From an uncultured Pseudomonadota bacterium (GTDB taxonomy: Bacteria > Pseudomonadota > Alphaproteobacteria > Micropepsales > Micropepsaceae), in assembly GCA_963775165.1 (NCBI GenBank), contig CAVZHX010000001.1, positions 259,823 through 323,822 on the forward strand: a stretch of DNA of 64,000 nucleotides, read 5' to 3'. The notes beneath the pieces are model-generated. The model saw nothing but the letters and a program-made list of their open reading frames with translations. It was not told where the DNA came from and made no database searches. Positions within the stretch are counted from its first letter, which is position 1; every line of letters begins with the position of its first letter. Below are positions 56,631-64,000 of this stretch, piece after piece. Made by a program: the position numbers and the translations under genes.

Positions 56631-57122
56631 TCACGCGGCCTGATTTTCACTCAGGAATTCGTTCACCCGCGCCTGAAGCTCGGCGAGCAGAAGCGCCGCG
56701 GTCTTGTCGTTCGGGTCCTTGATGGTCTGGCGCACGATGACGCGGATGGCGCTGACGTGGGCGTCGATCAGGGTCATTGCGCTATTGCCATGACAGCCAT
56801 CGAGCAGCTTGCATAGGGACGTCGCGACTTGGCCGACCAGCGGGAACTCGAAGGTGCGAGCCTGGCCGCGCAGATCGTGGCTGGCGCGATAGAGCACCTC
56901 GCGCGATTCCTCGCTTTCCGAGGCGGCCTTGAACTGCTCATAGGCCTCGCCGAGGGCCGCGACGTCGGAGCTGATCCATTCGCCGAACTCGGTCTTGAGA
57001 TCAGCCAGCGCTTTCTCCGCGCGCTTGACGATTGCGACATCGATCTTGGCGAAGGTGCCGCCGATCTTGGCCTTCAGGATATTCGGCGGCATGAAGATCT
57101 CGATAGGGTGTCTTTTGGTCAT
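56631..57122 (-). CDS. Stand-alone Hpt (histidine phosphotransfer) domain protein
   Basis: ASHDLRGQA.TFEFP motif; PPN.LKAK N-terminus. Confidence 0.82.
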   Translation of the reverse strand: MTKRHPIEIFMPPNILKAKIGGTFAKIDVAIVKRAEKALADLKTEFGEWISSDVAALGEAYEQFKAASESEESREVLYRASHDLRGQARTFEFPLVGQVATSLCKLLDGCHGNSAMTLIDAHVSAIRVIVRQTIKDPNDKTAALLLAELQARVNEFLSENQAA

Positions 57123-57145
57123 GGCGATCTCGCGTCCCTGTCCTG

Positions 57146-57688
57146 TTACGCCACGTCCGCAATCGCAGCGAATGACGCCGCGTCGGCGGCGTCGGGTTCC
57201 TTGGTCGTACGGCGCTCGGGGCCGTAATATTCCTCGTCGCGCCGGCGGCGGCACGGTCCGAAATAGGACGTGGTGCGCACGAAGGGGCGAGGCTGATCTA
57301 TGACCGCTATCAGGCGCATGAGTACCGCGTTGACCGACGCGGGCTTGGCGAGAAACTCATTGATGCCGGCATCGCGGGCTTCCCGCACATGTTCGATTTG
57401 CGTATGCCCGGTGAGCATGATCATGGGCACGAACGGGTTCGGGCTGGAAGGCGAGGTACGGATCATCTTGGCCAGTTCTATGCCGCTCATCCCTTCCATC
57501 ACCCAGTCGACAAAGATGACGTCGACGTTGCACTCACGCAGCATGCCCCAAGCCTGCTTGGCCGTGTCCGCTTCGTAGATGTGTGAGACGCCGAAGGCGT
57601 GCAGGATCGTCGTGATGAGCTTGCGCATATGCGCATTGTCATCGACGAGCAGAATCTTCAGGCGATCGAAGCGGTAATCGTTCATCAA
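57146..57688 (-). CDS. CheY-like response regulator with Cle-type Arg-rich tail
   Basis: LLVDDN, FVDW.M, MLTG, LAKP, then RPFVR..YFGPCRRRR and YYGPERR. Confidence 0.88.
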   Translation of the reverse strand: MMNDYRFDRLKILLVDDNAHMRKLITTILHAFGVSHIYEADTAKQAWGMLRECNVDVIFVDWVMEGMSGIELAKMIRTSPSSPNPFVPMIMLTGHTQIEHVREARDAGINEFLAKPASVNAVLMRLIAVIDQPRPFVRTTSYFGPCRRRRDEEYYGPERRTTKEPDAADAASFAAIADVA

Positions 57689-57774
57689 CTATTCGGCCGG
57701 ACTGCCGAGATCCGGGACCTCCGGTAACCCTGGAACAGGTTAAGGGGATAGATTTAATGGGAGGTGAAAGCCCG

Positions 57775-58536
57775 TCAGTCGAGGAACTGCTCGGTCAGGA
57801 TACGCTCGTCCAGGCTATGTCCGGCGTCGAACAGCATGGTGACCGCGATGGAGCGGTCCTCGGCGATGTCCACCCGCACCACGTCGCGGACCTCGAAATT
57901 ATCGGCCACGGCGCTGACCGGCCGCTTGTCGGCCTCCAATATCTCGAAGGTGGTCTGGGCGCGGTGGGGCAGGATGGCCCCGCGCCAGCGGCGCGGCCGG
58001 AAGGCACTGATCGGGGTCAGGGCCAGAAGCTCCGCATCGATCGGAAGGATCGGGCCATGCGCGGATAAGTTGTAGGCCGTGCTGCCGGCCGGTGTTGAAA
58101 CCAGCACGCCGTCGCAGAACAGCTCCGGAATTCGCACCTTGCCATCGATGACAATGCGTATCTTGGCGGTCTGGCGGGTCTGGCGCAGCAGCGAGACCTC
58201 GTTGAACGCCAGGGACTCGACCATGGTCTGGCGGGTCGCGGCCCGCATGCGCAAGGGATGCAGCTTGGCCGCCTCGGCCGCCGTCAGCCTTTCGTGCAGG
58301 CCCTCGAGCCGGAACTCGTTCATCAGGAAGCCGACGGTGCCCAGATTCATGCCGTAGATCGGCTTGCCTTTGCCCAGGAAGCTGTGCAGCGCCTGGAGCA
58401 TGACGCCGTCGCCGCCGAGCGCGACGATGATGTCCGCCTTGTCGGGCCCCGCATCTTCGTAGCGCGCGCGTAGTTCGGCCAGCGCCGCCTTCGCGTCCTC
58501 GGCCGCCGAGGCGACGAAATGCAGCTTCGGCGTCAT
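57775..58536 (-). CDS. nadK: NAD kinase
   Basis: [35 protein letters not shown]. Confidence 0.95.
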   Translation of the reverse strand: MTPKLHFVASAAEDAKAALAELRARYEDAGPDKADIIVALGGDGVMLQALHSFLGKGKPIYGMNLGTVGFLMNEFRLEGLHERLTAAEAAKLHPLRMRAATRQTMVESLAFNEVSLLRQTRQTAKIRIVIDGKVRIPELFCDGVLVSTPAGSTAYNLSAHGPILPIDAELLALTPISAFRPRRWRGAILPHRAQTTFEILEADKRPVSAVADNFEVRDVVRVDIAEDRSIAVTMLFDAGHSLDERILTEQFLD

Positions 58537-58544
58537 TGCGGGGG

Positions 58545-59534
58545 TCAGCCTCCGGTGAGCGACATGTGCCGTGCCACGGCCGGCTGCCGTGCGCGGCGGT
58601 CGATCACGAAGTCATGCCCCTTGGGCTTGCGGGAGATCGCTTCGTCGATCGCCGCTTCGAGCGGCGCATCGTCGGGCGAGGTGCGCAAGGGCGTGCGCAG
58701 GTCCGCCGCATCGTCCTGGCCGAGGCACATATAGAGCGTGCCGGTGCAAGTGAACCGCACCCGGTTGCAACTTTCGCAGAAATTGTGGGTCAGCGGCGTG
58801 ATGAAGCCGAGGCGGCCGCCGGTTTCGGCAACGCGAACATAACGCGCCGGCCCGCCGGTCTTGTAGGGGATATCTTCAAGCGTGTATCGCTCGGCGAGAC
58901 GGGCGCGCACGTCGGAGAGCGGCAGGTAGCTATCGCGGCGATCCTGGTCGATTTCGCCCAGCGGCATGGTCTCGATCAGCGTCAGGTCCATGCCGCGACC
59001 GTGGGCCCATTCGAGCATGGGCGCGATTTCGTTCTCGTTGACGCCCTTGAGCGCCACCATGTTGATCTTGACGGCAAGGCCGGCGGCCTGCGCGGCGTCG
59101 ATGCCGGCCATCACCTTGGCTAGCTCGCCCCAGCGCGTGATAGCCCGGAAGCGGTCCGGGTCGCTGGTGTCGAGCGAGACGTTGACCCGCTTGACGCCGA
59201 CGCCGGCCAGATCGTGGGCGAAGCGGCCGAGCTGGCTGCCATTGGTGGTCAGCGTCAGCTCCTTGAGCGAGCCGTCTTCGAGGCGGCGGCCCAACCCCTC
59301 GAACAGATGCATGACATTGCGGCGGACCAGCGGCTCGCCGCCGGTGATGCGGATGCGCTCGACGCCCTTGCGGATGAAGGCGGCGCAGGCCCGCTCGAGC
59401 TCCTCCAGCGTCAGCATTTCCGCCTTGGGCAGGAAAGTCATATGTTCCGCCATGCAATAGACGCAGCGGAAATCGCAGCGGTCGGTCACGGAGACCCGCA
59501 GATAGCTGATATGGCGGCCAAAAGGATCGATCAT
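58545..59534 (-). CDS. moaA: GTP 3',8-cyclase (radical SAM)
   Basis: [22 protein letters not shown]....C, C-terminal GG. Confidence 0.97.
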   Translation of the reverse strand: MIDPFGRHISYLRVSVTDRCDFRCVYCMAEHMTFLPKAEMLTLEELERACAAFIRKGVERIRITGGEPLVRRNVMHLFEGLGRRLEDGSLKELTLTTNGSQLGRFAHDLAGVGVKRVNVSLDTSDPDRFRAITRWGELAKVMAGIDAAQAAGLAVKINMVALKGVNENEIAPMLEWAHGRGMDLTLIETMPLGEIDQDRRDSYLPLSDVRARLAERYTLEDIPYKTGGPARYVRVAETGGRLGFITPLTHNFCESCNRVRFTCTGTLYMCLGQDDAADLRTPLRTSPDDAPLEAAIDEAISRKPKGHDFVIDRRARQPAVARHMSLTGG

Positions 59535-59589
59535 GGCCGGACCCTAGCAGGCCCCGGCCATGATTTCATCTGGGACAGGAAGACCGCCG

Positions 59590-60705
59590 TCAGAGCTCGC
59601 GGCTGGCCAGTTTCTTCACCCGGGTCAGCGCCTCGGCCTTGGTGAAGGCTTCGAACACGGCCTCGGACGTCGCGCTTGTCGTGCGGGCCGAGCACGGGAT
59701 CGTGACCGCGGCGACTGGCGCGACAGATTGAATACGGTGGAAAAGACGCAGCGGTCGATGCCCACGGCGCGGCAGGCCAGCGCGACGTGCCGGGCCCGCT
59801 TCGTCGTAGAGCATGCGGCGAAGCTGGGCGAGCTCGAGGTCGAGCAGCTTGGCGAAGGCGAGATCGAACAGATCGAACTGGCCCTGATGCAGAACCCGCA
59901 AGAGGAAGCCGGCGCTTGAGCTGGCCGGCCGCGGCGAGCTTGTCGATCAGCTTGCGGCCGCCGATGCAGTCGGCTGTCCGCCGGCAACGGCTGGGCTCGC
60001 CTGCACGGATCTCGACCGCTTCGTCGAGCTTGGGCCGGACCGTCGCCTCCGCTGCGGGGTAGTTCTCTGCGATATGCGCCTTGAGCGCGTCGGAAACCCA
60101 TTCGCACATGCGGGTGGCGAGCGGCGCCGGCAGGTCCGTGCGATGGACCAGCGGTTCCTGCAGCGCGGCGATATGGCGCGACTTTTCGACCAGCGTCTCG
60201 AAGGTGTGGGCGGCGATGCGGGCGGTCGCGTTGCGCAACGAGCGCGACCAGAACCGGTTCGGCATTGCTTTGCGCGAGACGATCGGTCACGGGCTCGCCG
60301 ATATTCGGCGCGCTCGGCGCACAGGCGTCATGATGGTCGTCGCTGATGCGGTCGAGCAGCGTCAGCAGATCGTCGTCGTTCAGCTGGCGGCTGCGCAGGA
60401 TGATCGGCCGAGCGACTTCGATACGGTCGTCGACGAGCAGGAGAATGAGGTCGAGCGGCGCGTCGGCGTCGTCGGCCAGCTTCTCGGCCAGCGCGATGCG
60501 GATCGCCATCTCCACGTCGCGCGGTCAGGCGCTGCAGGATTTCGCGCATGAGTGCGCGCTCACGGTCGGCGAGCCGGGAGCCCTGCATCTGATAAAGCGA
60601 GGCGACGGCGAGATAGATTTCGTCGCGTCGCGTGGCTTTGTCGGATCCGGCGCGAGTTCGGACAAGTCGCGCCATGTCGCCAAGAAACTTCGCCGTGAGC
60701 CCCAC
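59590..60705 (-). CDS. DUF2336-family protein (multiple frameshifts)
   Basis: EM.IR.ALAEKLAD...AP, D.IEVA.PI...S..L.D.DL, L.RN.TA.I, L.HR.DLP across frames. Confidence 0.75.
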
Positions 60706-60887
60706 GACGGCCCCCCTATGTCCCGCCTGAGAGGCGGTGCCCCGAGCCGGACACTAGTCAAGCCGCGTTAAGCGGCGTAAACGTTAACGATTATAAAGGA
60801 TGTTAACGGCCGCCACGCGTTTCAGTCCTGCTGCGGGGTGGGGGAGCCACCGTGCTAGGCTCCCTGCGCCGCTCTCCGTATTTGCCG

Positions 60888-62387
60888 ATGGACGCCGAAC
60901 CGCCTTTCTGCTGGCCATCGACCAGGGCACGACCTCGACGCGGGCGATCCTGTTCGATGCCGCCGCCCGGCCGCTTGCCAGCCATGCCATGGAGCTCGGC
61001 AGATCTATCCCGCCAATGGCTGGGTCGAGCACGACGCGGAGGAAATCTGGCAGGCGGCGCGGGCATGTTGCCGCGTCGCGGCGAGAGGCGTGGAGGCCGG
61101 CGAGATCGCCGGCATCGGCATCACCAACCAGCGCGAAACCACGGTGATCTGGGACCGGGCGAGCGGCAAGCCGCTCCACAACGCCATCGTCTGGCAGGAT
61201 CGCCGCACCGCCGGACGCTGCCGCGCGCTCAAGGCCGAGGGCCACGAAGCCGCAGTGGCCGTCCACACCGGGCTGCTGATCGATCCCTATTTCTCGGCCA
61301 CCAAGATCGAATGGCTGCTCGACCATATGCCGGGCGCCCGCGCGCGGGCCGAGAAGGGCGAACTCGCTTTCGGCACCATCGATTCCTGGCTGATCTACAA
61401 GCTGACAGGCGGGGCGGTGCATGCCACCGACGTCACCAATGCTTCGCGCACGCTGCTGCTCGATCTGCCGCGCCTGGAATGGGACGAAGAGATGCTCGAC
61501 TTGTTCGGCGTCCCGCGCGCGATCCTGCCGGAGGTGCGCGGCTCGGCCGACGATTTCGGGCACAGCGTTGGCGAATTTCTCGGCAAGCCGGTCGCGATCC
61601 GCGGCGTCGCCGGCGACCAGCAGGCGGCGATGGTGGGGCAGGCCTGTTTCGCGCCCGGCGACGTGAAATCCACTTACGGCACCGGCTGCTTTGCGCTCGT
61701 CAATACCGGGGAGATGGTTCCGGCCTCCCACAACCGCCTGGTCGCCACCGCCGCCTATCGCGCCGCAGGCCAAACCGCCTACGCCATCGAAGGCAGTATC
61801 TTCATCGCCGGGGCGGTCGTCCAATGGCTGCGCGACGGGCTTGGCCTGATCCGTGACGCCGCCGAGATCGAGACGCTGGTGCGGACCGCGAAGCCGGCGG
61901 ACAGCGTCTACTTCATCCCGGCCTTCACCGGGCTCGGAGCGCCGTGGTGGGACCCCGATGCACGCGGCGCCATCACCGGGCTCACCCGCGACACCGGTGC
62001 CGGCCGAGATCGCCCGGGCCGCCCCTCGATGCGGTCTGCTACCAGACCCGCGATCTCTTGGACGCGATGGCGCGCGACATGGCGGCTGCGCGGCTGGCCG
62101 CGCCCGCCGCGATCAAGGTCGATGGCGGCATGGTGCGCAACGACTGGTTCTGCCGGCGGCTGGCCGATCTCACTGGCCTGCCGGTGGAACGGCCGCACGT
62201 CACCGAAACCACGGCCCTGGGCGCGGCCTATCTGGCCGGCCTCGGCACCGGCGTGTTTCGCGATTTCGCCGATGTCTCCAAGGCATGGGCGCTCGACCGC
62301 CGCTTTGAGCCCACACTCGCCGCGTCCGCGCGCGATGCGCTCTACGAAGGCTGGAAAGCCGCGATCGCGCGGGTACGGACGAGCTAA
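60888..62387 (+). CDS. glpK: Glycerol kinase (frameshifted)
   Basis: [50 protein letters not shown]. Confidence 0.93.
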
Positions 62388-62622
62388 CCAGCGTTGCTGG
62401 CGGCGTTTGACAGGGCCGAGGCGCCGGCTCCACTCTGCCGGCCTTCGTCGGACACTTCGGGGGGGCGATATTGGACGTGGTTCAGAAAAGGACGGCGGTG
62501 GGTCCCGTCAGCCACGCCGTCCTTTCGCTGGAAGGGCAGGTCAACGGCTTGGCTTGGCCGACTCTATTGCGCAAACTGGACCGGATCGACCCAACCTACA
62601 AACACTGAACATAGGTAAAGGC

Positions 62623-64000
62623 ATGAAATTCGGAATCGGGCAACCCGTCCGGCGGACGGAAGATATTCGCTTCATTACAGGCCACGGCCGCTACACCGAC
62701 GACATCCATTTCGAGGGCGAAACCCACGCGGCCTTCGTGCGCAGCCCCCATGCGCATGCCAAGATCCGCTCCGTGGATACGGCAGCTGCAGCTGCGGCGC
62801 CGGGTGTCGTCGCCGTCTTGACACAGGCCGATGTCGAGGCCGCTGGCGCCGGCCCCATGCCCCCCGCCATCCCGCTCAAGAACCGCGACGGTTCCATGAA
62901 CAAGGCGCCGGAGAAGCCGTTGCTGGCCAAGGACAAGGCCATCTTCGCCGGCGAGGCGGTGGCGATGGTGGTCGCCGAGACAGAGGCGCAGGCCAAGGAC
63001 GCCGCTGAAATGGTCGAGGTCGATTACGAGATGCTTGACGCCTGCGGCACGCTGGCCGCCGCGCCCACGGGTCCGCAGATTTTCGACATCGCGCCCGGCA
63101 ATCTGTGCTTCGACTGGGCGCATGGCGACGAAGATGCCGTCAAGGCGGCATTCGCGAAGGCGACGCATACCGCCAGCGTCACCGTCACCGAGAACCGCAT
63201 CGCACCCACCTCGATGGAAACCCGCAACGCTATTGGCCTCTACGATGCGGCAAGCGGCAAATACACGCTCTACTCCGGCTCGCAAGGCGCCGGCAGTATG
63301 CGCGACAGAATCGCGGCGCCCATTCTCAGGGTCGATCCCGCCAAGCTGCATGTGATCACGCCCGACGTCGGCGGCGGATTCGGCATGAAGGGGTTTACCT
63401 ATCCTGAGCAGGGACTGGTGCTGATCGCGGCGAAGCAAGTTGGCAGGCCGGTACGCTGGTCGGCCGAACGGGTCGAAGCCTTCCTCGCCGACGATCACGG
63501 CCGTGACATGATCACGACGGCCGAATTCGCGCTCGACGCCCAAGGCCGCATCCTTGCCCTGCGCATCGACGGAACCGCCGATCTGGGCGCTTATCTGTCG
63601 CAATTCGCGCCATATGTTCCGACCATCGCGGGCGGGCGGATATTCGGCGGTCTGTACCGAATTCCGGCGACATTCGCGGCCATCAAGGGCTATTTCACCA
63701 ACACCGCGCCGGTCGACGCCTATCGCGGTGCCGGACGGCCGGAAGCGACGTATATGATCGAACGGCTGTTGGACGAGGCCGCGCGTGTTACGGGCATCGA
63801 CCGTGTCGAACTGCGGCTGCGCAACATGCCGACACCGGAAGAACTGCCTTACACCAATTGGTTCGGCATTCCCTTCGATTCCGGCGATTATCCGCATATG
63901 CTGAAGGAAGGTCTCAAGCGCGCCGATGTGGCGGGTTTCGCTGCGCGCCGCGCGCAAAGCGAGGTTGCTGGCAAAAAGCGCGGGCTCGGCATCGCCTATT
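62623..64000 (+). CDS. Xanthine dehydrogenase family molybdopterin-binding subunit (form II CoxL-like), 3' truncated
   Basis: Translated by eye: [38 protein letters not shown]; open to window end so absent from ORF track. Confidence 0.92.
   Translation, partial: MKFGIGQPVRRTEDIRFITGHGRYTDDIHFEGETHAAFVRSPHAHAKIRSVDTAAAAAAPGVVAVLTQADVEAAGAGPMPPAIPLKNRDGSMNKAPEKPLLAKDKAIFAGEAVAMVVAETEAQAKDAAEMVEVDYEMLDACGTLAAAPTGPQIFDIAPGNLCFDWAHGDEDAVKAAFAKATHTASVTVTENRIAPTSMETRNAIGLYDAASGKYTLYSGSQGAGSMRDRIAAPILRVDPAKLHVITPDVGGGFGMKGFTYPEQGLVLIAAKQVGRPVRWSAERVEAFLADDHGRDMITTAEFALDAQGRILALRIDGTADLGAYLSQFAPYVPTIAGGRIFGGLYRIPATFAAIKGYFTNTAPVDAYRGAGRPEATYMIERLLDEAARVTGIDRVELRLRNMPTPEELPYTNWFGIPFDSGDYPHMLKEGLKRADVAGFAARRAQSEVAGKKRGLGIAY

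Noticed and set aside
62484-62526. Long hairpin upstream of the molybdoenzyme gene, possible Moco riboswitch
   Set aside because: Only one stem and none of the Moco RNA conserved elements recognised; more likely a terminator-like structure after glpK
62623-64000. Aerobic CO dehydrogenase (form I CoxL)
   Set aside because: Active-site loop is AYRGAGR (form II/XDH family), not AYxCSFR

Overview
GC-rich chromosomal segment of an alphaproteobacterium (inferred from gene order and GTTC-N7-GTTC SOS boxes). The core backbone, left to right, is bamA-skp-lpxD-fabZ-lpxA-lpxI-lpxB, gltA, gltX, comEC, lexA-moeA-moaC-trpC-trpD-trpG, trpE, ppiD, tpiA, secG, pyrG, kdsA, eno, ftsB/divIC, pdhABC-lpdA, SCO/CtaG/PCuAC, ggt, msrA, thiO, HIT, an SLT, an Hpt/response-regulator pair, NAD kinase, moaA, DUF2336, glpK and a form-II CoxL/XDH-family subunit. 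Many essential genes carry clustered single-base frameshifts (about 14.8-16.2, 28.1-29.2, 39.8-48.3 and 59.6-62.0 kb) that look like assembly errors. The most unusual content: (1) a ~10 kb accessory block between pyrG and kdsA with four tandem secreted RcnB-like paralogues that share duplicated terminator/promoter cassettes but have different low-complexity cationic N-termini, plus a His-rich multi-domain membrane-protein operon, a cytochrome c, an orphan polysaccharide-export protein, a TA pair and a putative His-Me nuclease; (2) MoaC fused in frame to a C-terminal XRE/Cro-like HTH; (3) a hairpin-rich intergenic ncRNA candidate with its own promoter near 49.2-49.6 kb, divergent from a small-membrane-protein plus PD-(D/E)XK nuclease pair. 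No rRNA, tRNA, CRISPR array, integrase or transposase was seen. Family assignments come from motif recognition only; no database search was run.
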